Shown: positions 9,557-19,992, counted from the stretch's first letter. The stretch is DNA of 64,000 nucleotides from Fidelibacterota bacterium (GCA_965212055.1 OZ243041.1:224001-288000), one strand, 5' to 3'. The notes: a model not told the origin generated them from the sequence alone. Made by a program: numbers and translations.

Positions 9557-9646
9557 TATTTTTTCCCTTATTGTTTCAGTAAGATAGTCTACAAATTTTT
9601 TTTTAATTATTCCTTGAGAACTTTTTTAGCTTAATTTGTACTAATT

Positions 9647-9937
9647 ATGAATAAAACGATATTATTTTTGTTTTCAGCAACAGGATTGCTTGTAGTAAAC
9701 AACTTGTTTCTTTATTGGCAGTTTTTTGAGTTTGATTTGGATCTATTCTTATCAAATACCATTGGGATTGCATTATTTTTAGAAGCATTCTTATTAATGT
9801 TATTGCTTGCCTATTATTTCAAACACCATCCTATTGGTAAGTATAAATGGTATTGGTTAATTATATTGTCCTTGTTAGGGAGTTTATTGTTTGCATTACC
9901 GTTTTATTACTGGCTTAACACAAAGGATAAAAAGTAG
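9647..9937 (+). CDS. Small multi-pass membrane protein (DUF2834-like)
   Basis: Three hydrophobic segments, SLLGSLLFALPFY. Confidence 0.6.
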   Translation: MNKTILFLFSATGLLVVNNLFLYWQFFEFDLDLFLSNTIGIALFLEAFLLMLLLAYYFKHHPIGKYKWYWLIILSLLGSLLFALPFYYWLNTKDKK

Positions 9938-9949
9938 TAGATTGCGCTT

Positions 9950-10744
9950 ATGTCATTTGTAGATAAAACGATTATAGTAACGGGGGCTTCTTCTGGAATT
10001 GGTGCTGCAACTGCAAAACGATTCTTATCACTTGGTGCCAAAGTGTTGTTGGTTGCGAGGAATAGGGAACAGATGGAAGAAATGTTTAGTAGTTATGATT
10101 CCAACCAATATCATATCTATCCTTTTGACTTAACTAAGCTAGATCAAATCAATACATTTGTATCTGATATTATTCGAAAAGAAGGACCTATTGATATTGT
10201 ATTTAATAATGCTGGGATTAGTCAATTTGGATATTTTGAGGATTCTGATCTTTCTGTAGTAAATAAAATTATGAAATTGGACTATTTTTCTGTTGTAACC
10301 TTCACCAAAGCTATTTTACCTCATATGATTGAAAAACAATCAGGGCATATTGTAACCAATACCAGTGTTGCTGGATTAATTGGTTCTAGGAATCGTACCG
10401 CATATTCTTCAGCAAAATTTGCTTTGCATGGATTTTTTGATAGTTTACGTTCTGAAGTTGCGAGACATAATATTAATATCACGTTAATTGCGCCCGGTTT
10501 GGTACAAACGAATATTGGCAAAAATGCATTAACAAAGAGTGGCCATGCTTATGGAAAAGATGATCGTGGTCATGCCAATGGATTATCTGCAGAAGCAGCC
10601 GCAAAACAAATTATTTCTGCTGTCAAAAGAAAAAAAAGGGAAGTAATTGTTGCAAAGTGGAATGATATTGCTTGGTTAGGTATTATTTTGCGAAAATATT
10701 TTCCTTGGCTATATTTCGAGCTAGCTAAACGAATTAAAGCATAA
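9950..10744 (+). CDS. SDR oxidoreductase (DHRS7-like)
   Basis: TGASSGIG, NNAGIS, YSSAKFALHGFFDSLR. Confidence 0.92.
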   Translation: MSFVDKTIIVTGASSGIGAATAKRFLSLGAKVLLVARNREQMEEMFSSYDSNQYHIYPFDLTKLDQINTFVSDIIRKEGPIDIVFNNAGISQFGYFEDSDLSVVNKIMKLDYFSVVTFTKAILPHMIEKQSGHIVTNTSVAGLIGSRNRTAYSSAKFALHGFFDSLRSEVARHNINITLIAPGLVQTNIGKNALTKSGHAYGKDDRGHANGLSAEAAAKQIISAVKRKKREVIVAKWNDIAWLGIILRKYFPWLYFELAKRIKA

Positions 10745-10752
10745 GTTAGAAA

Positions 10753-11475
10753 ATGAAATATAGTATTTTAGAAGATCCACGATATCGTTACCTCTCTGAG
10801 CCTAAATCACCTCTCCTGAAGTTTTTTTCCTTCTTATTTGATTTATATGCTAACACATTATTGACGTTTTATGCTCCTGTTACTGTAACGGGGAGAGAAA
10901 ATATTCCAAAGGACACTCCATTTATCTTTTGTAGTAATCACAATAGCCATATGGATATTGCGGTGCTTGTGTATGCTACACGATTGGGATACGAACGATT
11001 TGGATTTTTAGCTGCAAAAGATTATTGGTTTGATAATAATTTCCGAAGAAGATTTTTCAAAAATTTTATTACATTAATTCCTATTGAACGAAAAAATAAA
11101 CCAGAATCTCTTGATTTGGAAGATACATTTCTTTTATCGAAAGCATTTGTTAATCGAAACAACAATATTATTATGTTTCCAGAAGGATCACGTGGAAAAC
11201 CAGGAGTAATGCAACGATTTCGAAAAGGTGCAATGAAATTTTCTACAGAATTGAATATTCCAATCGTACCAGCGGTAATTCTTGGAGCAGAAAAAGCATG
11301 GCCTCGCGGAGAACGTTTTATGCAATCTGTACCTATCAATCTTCATGTATTACCTCCGATGTATCCAGAAGATTTGTCTAAAGCGAATAAAACAGAATAC
11401 AATAAATATATTGCTAGTCAGACAAAAACATTAGAAAAGACAATTAATGAAAATTATTCTTTATTAAACAGCTGA
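10753..11475 (+). CDS. Lysophospholipid acyltransferase (PlsC family)
   Basis: NHNSHMD (HxxxxD) and FPEGSR. Confidence 0.9.
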   Translation: MKYSILEDPRYRYLSEPKSPLLKFFSFLFDLYANTLLTFYAPVTVTGRENIPKDTPFIFCSNHNSHMDIAVLVYATRLGYERFGFLAAKDYWFDNNFRRRFFKNFITLIPIERKNKPESLDLEDTFLLSKAFVNRNNNIIMFPEGSRGKPGVMQRFRKGAMKFSTELNIPIVPAVILGAEKAWPRGERFMQSVPINLHVLPPMYPEDLSKANKTEYNKYIASQTKTLEKTINENYSLLNS

Positions 11476-11507
11476 ATTTTATTTGGTTGGAAAGTTCTAA
11501 AGATTTA

Positions 11508-11621
11508 TTATCCGAAAAAATGCCAAGTTTTGTTCGGCACCATTACAAAAAGAAAGAATAGAAACTGCACAAGTGCTATTAAAGCGAAAATTTTTAGTAT
11601 TGATTTTGAATTTTTGTCCAT
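11508..11621 (-). CDS. Putative 37-aa single-TM protein
   Basis: MDKNSKSILKIFALIALVQFLFFLFVMVPNKTWHFFG, starting 4 nt after the upstream stop. Confidence 0.45.
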   Translation of the reverse strand: MDKNSKSILKIFALIALVQFLFFLFVMVPNKTWHFFG

Positions 11622-11625
11622 TATG

Positions 11626-12505
11626 TTATTTCCCAAATAACCTTCTTAATATAGTGATTTCTGGAAATAAAATATGAACCCTTTTTTGATATTCTTTATA
11701 CTCTGGTCTAGTTCTTAAGATTTTAATTTCAATCCAAGGAATGCTAGCGCCTATAAATAGAATAGTCATTGTGATTGGTGCCAGAAGAAGGTAAGTCATG
11801 CCTGCAGATTCAAAACCCATAAGGAATAAACCCCACCAAAATAAAATTTCTCCATAATAATTTGGATGTCTAGAGTAATTCCACAAACCTGTTTCAATGA
11901 CTTTTTTCTCTGTAGGATGTTTTATTCTAAAGTCATAGAGTTGTTTATCACTGATAATTTCATAAAGAACTCCAATGATACAGACTATAAAACCAAGAAA
12001 CATTAATGGAGTACCATTTGAGTTAAAACATTGTTGTATTGGCATACAACAAAAGAAGACTTGCAATGTTGGATACATATGGATTCCACCAAAATTTCCT
12101 AATAGTTGAAACTGTTTTCCCATGCTATTACGCATATCAATATAACGCCAATCTTCATGATGTAATCCTTCCCAGGTTTTCATCCAATTTGAGGTTAATC
12201 TCATGGACCAGAATAAAACAGCAATACTTAATAGAATAATAATTGGGGTCATGGTATAATTATTCTTCCAAATCCAAAAGAATAATATAAATACAGGAAT
12301 TACAGACCAATATGGATCATAGAAGGATGAATTTTTATAAGAAACACTAAAGCCATAAATAACACATGTGGCCACAACATCTGCAATAAGAATTTGCCAC
12401 ATATCTCCTAAATGTGTGACCAGCGATATTGAATAAGCTCCCAAAAAAATTGCGAGAGTATATGCACCTAATACGGTGAGAAATCCTTTAGTTTCTTTTC
12501 GTCAT
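11626..12505 (-). CDS. DUF1295 family membrane protein (likely start 12505 with one extra A)
   Basis: NSSFYDPYWS, EDWRY, GLWNYSRHPNYYGE; removing one A near 12497 gives MTKETKGFLTVLGAY in frame. Confidence 0.85.
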
Positions 12506-13409
12506 TGGTGATTGATTTAATATTAATACCTTCATAGACCATATAGATATATCCTGAAATAATTGTGTACACAAAAAAGATGCTATGCATTACAATGGCT
12601 GCACTCTGTGCTTTTTCTAAATCAATTCCATAGAGGTTATGTAAGCAATAAATCACTGCCAAATGGTATGTTCCAATCGCAGCAGGGGCTAATGGCATCG
12701 AGGTGACGATACTTGATAGAATAGTTAACCCTAATACTTGTTGTATTTCTAATTCAATTCCTATGGATTGCAATGCAATGGAAACATACACAACAAATGT
12801 AGTCCATAGTAAAACAGACCACATTCCTAAGCGTAATTTGTTTGTTGATACTAGCTTGTATCCATCAATAAAGTTTTCTAGTACAGGAAAATATTGTAAT
12901 AATTTGTTAGAAATTCTATGTCGTCCAAAGATAATTAATGAACTTAAACAATATGACCCAACAAGAATCAATGTGAATTGTGTTCCTAAAACATCCGTAT
13001 ATCCAAATCCAATTAATACCATTGTAAAGAGGCCAATCATCCAAAGATCGATAATCTTTTCACCAACAAGACTACCAATTACATAACTCATTTTTATTGT
13101 TGTATCGTGATTGGATAAAAGTTTAGCACGTACCAAATCTCCAGCACGTAATGGCAGAATATTATTGAGAAAATATCCAATATGGGTCGCAGAAGAAAAA
13201 TGATGGGTGGTATAAGAACTCGGATGTCCTAATAAGGTATTCCATCGAATCGCACGGATAAGAAAAGTAAACCCCGTAATTCCAAATGCATAAATAATAT
13301 AGAGGAATTTTCCTTGCGAAAGAGTAGTAGAAATGTCATTAAAGTTAACTTGTCGAAATGCTAAATAAAGACATATCAACGATACAGCGAAAGATAAAAT
13401 TTTCTTCAA
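12468..13409 (-). CDS. Lysylphosphatidylglycerol synthase TM region / flippase-like protein (UPF0104)
   Basis: RAIRW, GYFLNNILPLRAGDLVR, EKIID, P.APAAIGTYH. Confidence 0.88.
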   Translation of the reverse strand: MKKILSFAVSLICLYLAFRQVNFNDISTTLSQGKFLYIIYAFGITGFTFLIRAIRWNTLLGHPSSYTTHHFSSATHIGYFLNNILPLRAGDLVRAKLLSNHDTTIKMSYVIGSLVGEKIIDLWMIGLFTMVLIGFGYTDVLGTQFTLILVGSYCLSSLIIFGRHRISNKLLQYFPVLENFIDGYKLVSTNKLRLGMWSVLLWTTFVVYVSIALQSIGIELEIQQVLGLTILSSIVTSMPLAPAAIGTYHLAVIYCLHNLYGIDLEKAQSAAIVMHSIFFVYTIISGYIYMVYEGINIKSITNDEKKLKDFSPY

Positions 13410-13609
13410 GGATCTTGGTTTTCTCTTTGAAATTCATAATTGACAATTCTTTTTTTCATGGTTTCTCCACCTTCATCTAAATGTTCTTTAGACTCAAGAG
13501 GAGATTCATAAGAAGCAGGAACCTTCGTGTTGACCTGACAATTGCTCATCAATGATAGCATTCCAGCTAGCATAACAAGAGCAATAATTGTTGGTATATG
13601 TTTAGTCAT
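13406..13609 (-). CDS. Small hypothetical exported/lipoprotein
   Basis: Hydrophobic N-terminus followed by Cys; overlaps both neighbours. Confidence 0.5.
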   Translation of the reverse strand: MTKHIPTIIALVMLAGMLSLMSNCQVNTKVPASYESPLESKEHLDEGGETMKKRIVNYEFQRENQDP

Positions 13610-13856
13610 TTAAATTGAAGTTTTTAAAAAACCTTGTTTGTGTTGCTAAATAAATAATCTCAATTATACCAAGTAATTGAAAAATTCCCATTAGTAAAAA
13701 CCATATTTTCTGATTTTGTCGAGCAGCAAACCATAAACCAAGTAATGTCCATACTGCTTCCCATACACCTAATACAATTACAAGAATACTAAATATCCCC
13801 GGATTTAACTCAATCCAATTTGTAATTAATTGATCAAACGATTGTAATAGTTCCAT
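13602..13856 (-). CDS. DUF5652-like membrane protein
   Basis: W..VW...GLW.AAR..QK.WF.....LGIIEIIYL. Confidence 0.75.
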   Translation of the reverse strand: MELLQSFDQLITNWIELNPGIFSILVIVLGVWEAVWTLLGLWFAARQNQKIWFLLMGIFQLLGIIEIIYLATQTRFFKNFNLND

Positions 13857-14031
13857 TTATTATCCTTGTTAGTGGTTGAAAATCATAGCAACCACAAATA
13901 CGAATACAATTATTCCCCCAAAGATGCCGAAATAATATAGCTCAAACATGCGATATTTTAGTTATTATTTGTTTAAAACAAAATGAAAACTAAATACTAT
14001 TCTCATCTTTAAAAAAATTATAAATTTTACC

Positions 14032-14277
14032 ATGTTCAATCCAGAAACTACCCAGATTACTATTTATACAACTTCTTGGTGTGGACCATGCAAATCTGCA
14101 AAACGATTTTTATCTGATCAGGGGTTTGATTTTACAGAAATTGATATTGAAAAAGAAAATATTAGTCGAGAAGAAATGGCATCCATGACAAAAGGCCTCA
14201 GTGTTCCCCAAATTGTCATTAATTCAAAACCAATTGGTGGGTTTGAAGATTTGCTTGAATATTTTAAAAAGGGGTAA
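14032..14277 (+). CDS. Glutaredoxin
   Basis: WCGPC, SVPQI, IGGF. Confidence 0.92.
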   Translation: MFNPETTQITIYTTSWCGPCKSAKRFLSDQGFDFTEIDIEKENISREEMASMTKGLSVPQIVINSKPIGGFEDLLEYFKKG

Positions 14278-14301
14278 AAGGATACTTAGGTAGCCTTTTT
14301 T
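14276..14301 (+). terminator. Intrinsic terminator after glutaredoxin
   Basis: AAAAGGATAC-TTAG-GTAGCCTTTTTT (one stem mismatch). Confidence 0.55.
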
Positions 14302-14332
14302 CATTAGTAAATTTTACTTATAAGGAGATATA

Positions 14333-14650
14333 ATGCAAAAATATATAATTGGATTAATAACTGGGATATTGTTTACTGCAAGCTTTTTTATATTGGTAGC
14401 AGCAAAATCTATGGCTGATCATACTCATGATGCAGACGAAATCAATTATTCAGAATATAGTTATGGTGGTTGGGGGACATTACAAAAGAAAATCGAAGAT
14501 ATGGATGATGAAATTGAATCTATTGCTGATCATACTCATGATGCAGACGAAATCAATTATTCAGAATATAGTTATAGCGGTTGGGGAACATTACAAAAGA
14601 AAATCGAAGATCTTGATGATGACAAAGCAGACGAAGACCATACACATTAA
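14333..14650 (+). CDS. Membrane-anchored/exported protein with 37-aa HTH(His-Thr-His) repeats
   Basis: AAGGAG RBS; N-terminal TM; ADHTHDADEINYSEYSY.GWGTLQKKIED twice (111 bp period, starting 14414 and 14525) and a terminal DHTH. Confidence 0.75.
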   Translation: MQKYIIGLITGILFTASFFILVAAKSMADHTHDADEINYSEYSYGGWGTLQKKIEDMDDEIESIADHTHDADEINYSEYSYSGWGTLQKKIEDLDDDKADEDHTH

Positions 14651-14669
14651 TGCATATGAACTATATTGA

Positions 14670-15413
14670 TTAATTTTCTTTGCTATGGCTTAGGAGCCAT
14701 TCATAAAGATTATTATTTTCATATGTTCTGGTCCATGAGTCATGATTAGCATCTGGATAGAGAGTATATTTAATATTCCCTCCAATTTCTTCAATCGCAC
14801 GCACCATCTTTTCTGATTCATATGAAGGAACCACCTTGTCTTTTCCTCCATGAAATACCCAGATTGGAACATCTTTAATACTATCAGGAATATCAAGACC
14901 AGGAACTCCACCACCACAGATAGGAACAGCGGCTGCAAATAAATCTGGCCTTTCACTTAATAAGCTCCAAGTTCCATATCCTCCCATGCTTAATCCAGTG
15001 ACATATATTTTGTCTTTATCCACCCGATAGTTATCTATTACTGATTCAAGAAGTACAATCAGATCCATTTGCATTGCTTGATCAGTCCATACGTGATCAA
15101 TGGGGCATTGTGGTGATATTGCAATGAAAGGAAAAGTATCTGTTTCCTCTGAGATTTTAGGGATACCATGAATTTTGATCAATTCCAAATTATCTCCTCT
15201 TTCTCCCATACCATGTAAGAAAAGAATCAGCGGCCATTCCTTTTCACGGTGTTCTTGGTATTCATTAGGAAGGAAAAAAAGATGATCTAACCCATCATCC
15301 ACTTCAATTTTTATATTCGTACCTTCAGGATATTTATTTTCACATCCTTGATTTGATAGAGAAATAATTAAACAGAGAATAATTATAAAGTTATAATTTT
15401 TTATGTGTACCAT
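14670..15413 (-). CDS. Alpha/beta hydrolase (phospholipase/carboxylesterase, predicted-peptidase type), possibly a lipoprotein
   Basis: PLILFLHGMGERG, GLSMGG, FHGGKD, HDSW; start taken at MVHIKN. Confidence 0.88.
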   Translation of the reverse strand: MVHIKNYNFIIILCLIISLSNQGCENKYPEGTNIKIEVDDGLDHLFFLPNEYQEHREKEWPLILFLHGMGERGDNLELIKIHGIPKISEETDTFPFIAISPQCPIDHVWTDQAMQMDLIVLLESVIDNYRVDKDKIYVTGLSMGGYGTWSLLSERPDLFAAAVPICGGGVPGLDIPDSIKDVPIWVFHGGKDKVVPSYESEKMVRAIEEIGGNIKYTLYPDANHDSWTRTYENNNLYEWLLSHSKEN

Positions 15414-15627
15414 CGCAATACGGTGAATTTCCAGTAGCCTTGCAACCACACCAAGCAATATTACTTTCTTTCTCATTATGTACAAGTATTGGTGAAAAAT
15501 CAGTGCCTTTATGGCTTCCATCACAGAATGGTTGATTAGTGGATTCACCACAAGCACACCAATAATATTTTTTCTTTTCTCCTTTTAGTACATAGGGAGA
15601 TTTTTGTGCAATTACAGCTTTACTCAT
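15391..15627 (-). CDS. CDGSH iron-sulfur protein (two motifs, MiNT/CISD3-like)
   Basis: WCACGES..QPFCDGSH and CGCK.T...PYCDGTH. Confidence 0.93.
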   Translation of the reverse strand: MSKAVIAQKSPYVLKGEKKKYYWCACGESTNQPFCDGSHKGTDFSPILVHNEKESNIAWCGCKATGNSPYCDGTHKKL

Positions 15628-16048
15628 TATTTTTTCTAACTTTTTTTAATACATCTCTTAAAATGGTGCTAGATGTATGGGTTGTATAGGAGAAATAGAT
15701 AATTTCAACGTTATATTTACTGAAATCTTTTTCTATTTGAATCCATTCTTTGGTGCCTTTCCAATCATCGCCAACAAACATCCTATCAAACTTTAGCTTG
15801 TTCCATGCTTCCATCTTATTATAGCTGGTTTGTGGAACCACTTCATCAACAAATTTAATTGATTCAACAATTTCCATTCTTTCTTCAAACGGAATAAAAG
15901 GTTTTTCTCCTTTGATTGACATTGCAAGTTCATCGGTTGTGATTCCCACAATCAAATAATCACATTCAAGTCTTGCTCTCTTTAATATATTGAGATGGCC
16001 AATATGAAATAGATCAAATACACCTGTTGTATAACCAATTTTTTTCAT
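15620..16048 (-). CDS. tagD: Glycerol-3-phosphate cytidylyltransferase family
   Basis: GVFDLFHIGH, VGDDWKG, YT..TSST. Confidence 0.85.
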   Translation of the reverse strand: MKKIGYTTGVFDLFHIGHLNILKRARLECDYLIVGITTDELAMSIKGEKPFIPFEERMEIVESIKFVDEVVPQTSYNKMEAWNKLKFDRMFVGDDWKGTKEWIQIEKDFSKYNVEIIYFSYTTHTSSTILRDVLKKVRKNNE

Positions 16049-16063
16049 AATCACCTAAGATAC

Positions 16064-17146
16064 TTATTTATTATTTAATAAATAATCTATTATTCTTGCA
16101 CTGGCATTGCCATCGAAAGTGCCTGCTAGTTTTTCTGCATATTGTAAGCGAGTTTTTGATAATGTATGGGGATTTGCTACTTGTTCTGCAACAATAGTCT
16201 TGAGTTCTTGATAAGAATCAGCACGGACAGCTATGTTTGAGTATTCGTTATAATCTTTGTCCATACGTTTTTTAAATCGATAGGAAAAAATTCCTCGATA
16301 GTTCCAACGTAATTTTAGAAAGTTACACCATATAACAGGCTTGTCCAGTGCAGCAAATTCAATAATAGCAGAAGACGCATCACTAATTAGTAAATCAGCA
16401 GTCGCCATAAATGGGACCAAAGAATAATCATCAACTTTTGCTAAATAAACATTATCATAATTGGACCAATGACTAAGAAGTTGGCGTTGTTTTTTATACT
16501 TATCTTTGCTTGTGGAAAAATAGTGTGGTTTTATCAATATATTGTACGCACTAAAGCTTTCAGGAAAGTTTTTAGGGAAACGTTCAATGCTGCTAGGATA
16601 GAAAGTAGGAGCATAAATTAATGTCTTTTTTTCTGTTTTTAAGCCTAATTGATTTAAATCAAATCCTGTAGTTTCACCATTGATAATTGGATCTAGCTTA
16701 CAAAAACCAACATTGACAAAATTATCATTAGGGTACATATTTTTAAGACGATTTGTTCGGTATTCTCCTTCAACAAACCTCACTGTAGTTGGAGTACTTG
16801 ATTTTGTATAATAACTTGCTTTTGGTCCAACTCCATGACCGAGTTGTACTGACTTACTGATTTGGTGCACTTCGTTTAAAAAAGGAAAAGTATTGCCAAA
16901 GAATATCCAATCAGCTTTTTGATTTTTATAATATTTATTGGCTTCAGCTTTATCTTTTACCCAAATGTGATCCAGATTTTCTGATTGAATGATATTTTCT
17001 ATGATTGCATCATGTATGCCATGATAAAACACAAAAGTTGCATGTCCTGCATTTTGTTTTAATAACCGATGATAGACTGGTAGATATTGAGGTAAATAAT
17101 AAAGCTGTTGTACATCAAATGAGATGGATATAGTCTTATTATTCAT
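16064..17146 (-). CDS. CDP-glycerol glycerophosphotransferase family protein
   Basis: HG.G.K, GFCKLD, YAPTF, KPH, LISDASS. Confidence 0.85.
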   Translation of the reverse strand: MNNKTISISFDVQQLYYLPQYLPVYHRLLKQNAGHATFVFYHGIHDAIIENIIQSENLDHIWVKDKAEANKYYKNQKADWIFFGNTFPFLNEVHQISKSVQLGHGVGPKASYYTKSSTPTTVRFVEGEYRTNRLKNMYPNDNFVNVGFCKLDPIINGETTGFDLNQLGLKTEKKTLIYAPTFYPSSIERFPKNFPESFSAYNILIKPHYFSTSKDKYKKQRQLLSHWSNYDNVYLAKVDDYSLVPFMATADLLISDASSAIIEFAALDKPVIWCNFLKLRWNYRGIFSYRFKKRMDKDYNEYSNIAVRADSYQELKTIVAEQVANPHTLSKTRLQYAEKLAGTFDGNASARIIDYLLNNK

Positions 17147-18143
17147 GATTTTGTCCTGATAAAGAAAAATATTTATCTAATACTAATAATGAAATCAATT
17201 TCTCTCTTTTAGAATCTTTAAATTGGTCTACATACGCATTAGCATTGTTAATAATTTGTAATGCTTCTTCTGTGTGCTTAGAGTAATAATGAATTTTTTC
17301 TTCTGCATTGGAAAAGTCATCATTGACTTCAATGTAATGTACTCCAGCTTCAAGTGTTCCTTCCATAAACCACGTTTCATATTTTGGTTTTGGCATCACA
17401 CACACCGAATTTGAAGACATTACCCATTTGATACTTGTTGCAGTATCAACTCCTTCAATGCAGAATATAAATTTGTAAGCAAGTTGGTCATGAATTGACA
17501 TAAAACCTTTAAACCAAGGTTCATCTACAACAGGACTTCTTTGTCCAATATTGAATATAGGAACACGATAATAATGTTTTAAAAAATATTGTCTAGATTC
17601 TGAATTTGTTCCATTTCCTCTCCATACTGCCGCATTTTTTTTATCGACAAATTTTCTATGATCCTTGATAAAATGAAAATGTCTAATCTTATTTAATTTC
17701 ATTATAATTGCGTTTTCACTATCTACAATTGGCCTACTTTTAACAACACAAGGTATCATTGGTCTTTTGTTGATATCTCCAAACATAAAGTCCAATTTTT
17801 TATCAGATTGAAAGAATGAGAAAAATCTATATAAATCTAAAAAGTATGTAGTGTGTTTTCTAGTTGGAGAACTATGTGTTCGAGAGAGTATATGATCTTT
17901 GATATTTTTAAGTTGCCTATTCCGTAATTGTTTAAGAGTAAGCGCGCCTGGTGAGACAGTAAATTGATTTCTTTCTTTATGATAGTAGTTGACACGTGAT
18001 AAGATATATTGTCGATCATATTGATTTAACTTATTTAATTCAGATTTGAGTTTTAGGCGATAGAATATTCTTGGAACTAAAAGTAGAATGATATTTTTTA
18101 AGTAATAAAAAGATTTAACATTTTTATATTTGAATTTCTTCAT
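17139..18143 (-). CDS. Glycosyltransferase family 90 / LpsA-like protein
   Basis: RVNYY, KSRP, WRG, YKFI..IEG.D.AT..KW.MSSNS, ETWFMEG. Confidence 0.85.
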   Translation of the reverse strand: MKKFKYKNVKSFYYLKNIILLLVPRIFYRLKLKSELNKLNQYDRQYILSRVNYYHKERNQFTVSPGALTLKQLRNRQLKNIKDHILSRTHSSPTRKHTTYFLDLYRFFSFFQSDKKLDFMFGDINKRPMIPCVVKSRPIVDSENAIIMKLNKIRHFHFIKDHRKFVDKKNAAVWRGNGTNSESRQYFLKHYYRVPIFNIGQRSPVVDEPWFKGFMSIHDQLAYKFIFCIEGVDTATSIKWVMSSNSVCVMPKPKYETWFMEGTLEAGVHYIEVNDDFSNAEEKIHYYSKHTEEALQIINNANAYVDQFKDSKREKLISLLVLDKYFSLSGQNHE

Positions 18144-18207
18144 TGGTCTCAAATTATTTATCAGCAATCTTATAAGCTATTTTTTTTTAAATTAAGACAA
18201 TATTGTT

Positions 18208-19311
18208 ATGGATATAAAAAAATTAACTGTTGGCATTGAAGAAGAATATCAGGTTATTGATCCTGATACAGGAGAATTAACGTCATATATTGCTGAATCT
18301 CTAGAACGAGATGCTGTTCTTTTTAAAGATAGTATGGTGCCTGAATTTCTGAAATCACAACTAGAAGTTACTAGTAAGGTTTGTAAAAATATTAAACAAG
18401 CTAGAAAAGAAGTGATTCGTTTAAGAAAATTTGCTTCTAAATATGCACAAAAAAATAATTGTACCATTATTGCTGCTGGAACCCATCCCTATTCTCGATG
18501 GGAAGATCAAGTAAGAACAGACAAAGAACGATATCACGGTTTGTATGACTCCATGCAGTTTGTTGCAAAGAGATTGTTAATATTTGGTATGCATATTCAT
18601 ATTGGCATTCCTGATCGAGATTTAAGAATAGATGTGATGAATCAAATGAGATATTTTGTACCACATATTTTAAGTTTGTCTACTTCATCTCCATTTTGGC
18701 AAGGCGAAGATACTGGATTTAAATCATATCGAGGCATTGTATTTGAAGATTTGCCTAGAACTGGTATTCCAGAAAAATTTGATTCAGCCAAATCCTATGA
18801 CAAGTTTGTTGAGCAGCTTACTGAAACAAAGTGCATAGATACACCATCAAAAATTTGGTGGGACATAAGACCTCATCATAAATTTCCAACAGTAGAGTTT
18901 AGAATGTGTGATTCTACTACAAAAGTAGATGAAGTCATTGCTATTGCTGCATTGATTCAGGCGCTTGTTGCAACAATGATACATAATCGTGAACGTAATA
19001 TTAGTTGGAGAGATTATAGAAATTCTTTCATCTCAGAGAACAAATGGCGTTCTATGCGCCATGGAGTTAATGGCAAGTTAATTGATTTGGGATTAACAAA
19101 AGAATTAGATACAAAAGAACTCATTAAAGAAATCATTGAATTGGTAGATGAAGCTGCAGAGACATTGGGCACACAAGAAGAAATTGCTTATATACGTACT
19201 ATGTTGAAAAAAGGCACAAGTGCTGATCGACAACTAGCATTATATAAGAAAACCGGTGATTTAAAGAAAGTAGTCCAAATGCTTTCTAAAGAAACCCTTG
19301 AACATTGTTAA
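18208..19311 (+). CDS. ybdK: Carboxylate-amine ligase (glutamate-cysteine ligase 2, YbdK family)
   Basis: GIEEEYQ, GMHIHIG, SSPFWQG, WWDIRP, TVEFRMCD. Confidence 0.92.
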   Translation: MDIKKLTVGIEEEYQVIDPDTGELTSYIAESLERDAVLFKDSMVPEFLKSQLEVTSKVCKNIKQARKEVIRLRKFASKYAQKNNCTIIAAGTHPYSRWEDQVRTDKERYHGLYDSMQFVAKRLLIFGMHIHIGIPDRDLRIDVMNQMRYFVPHILSLSTSSPFWQGEDTGFKSYRGIVFEDLPRTGIPEKFDSAKSYDKFVEQLTETKCIDTPSKIWWDIRPHHKFPTVEFRMCDSTTKVDEVIAIAALIQALVATMIHNRERNISWRDYRNSFISENKWRSMRHGVNGKLIDLGLTKELDTKELIKEIIELVDEAAETLGTQEEIAYIRTMLKKGTSADRQLALYKKTGDLKKVVQMLSKETLEHC

Positions 19312-19314
19312 TAG

Positions 19315-19992
19315 ATGGGATCTTCAAGTGCGCAATGCATCGTTTTATTAAGTGGAGGATTAGATTCTACAACCGTTCTTGCAATTGCCAATCAAACCTT
19401 TACTATTCATGCATTATCATTTGACTATGGTCAACGACACAAATTTGAATTAGAATCAGCACAAAACATTGCTACTCATTTTCATGTGCATAATCATAAA
19501 ATCATTACTATTGATCTTGCACAGTTCGGACAATCAGCTCTTACTGATGAGATTGAAGTACCAAAAAATGCAACCATCGGAGAAGAAATTCCTATTACAT
19601 ATGTTCCAGCACGCAATACTATATTTTTATCCTACGCATTAGCATATGCAGAAGTAAATAAAATTTATGATATTTTTATTGGTGTTAATGCGCTTGATTA
19701 TAGTGGATATCCTGATTGTAGACCTGAATATATTGAATCGTTTGAGCGTATGGCGAATTTGGCAACAAAATTTACCCAAAAAGATAAAAAAATTACGATT
19801 CATACCCCATTAATTGATCTAAAAAAATCTGAAATTATTTTAAAAGGCAATCAATTAGGAATCGATTATGGTATTACCCATTCCTGTTATGATCCATCCA
19901 CTGCAGGTGCTTGTGGATTATGTGATGCATGTGTATTGCGTAAGAAAGGATTTGAAGAAGCAAATATAACTGACCCAACGACTTATCAATGA
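19315..19992 (+). CDS. queC: 7-cyano-7-deazaguanine synthase
   Basis: SGGLDS, YGQRH, YVPARN, YPDCR, SCY...CG.CDAC. Confidence 0.96.
   Translation: MGSSSAQCIVLLSGGLDSTTVLAIANQTFTIHALSFDYGQRHKFELESAQNIATHFHVHNHKIITIDLAQFGQSALTDEIEVPKNATIGEEIPITYVPARNTIFLSYALAYAEVNKIYDIFIGVNALDYSGYPDCRPEYIESFERMANLATKFTQKDKKITIHTPLIDLKKSEIILKGNQLGIDYGITHSCYDPSTAGACGLCDACVLRKKGFEEANITDPTTYQ

Noticed and set aside
14427..14669. Alternate-frame ORF over the repeat protein
   Set aside because: No RBS; the frame from 14333 has the RBS and signal/TM segment
15414..15557. Long N-terminal extension of the hydrolase ORF
   Set aside because: Overlaps the clear CDGSH gene in another frame; the ATG at 15413 gives a signal-like N-terminus
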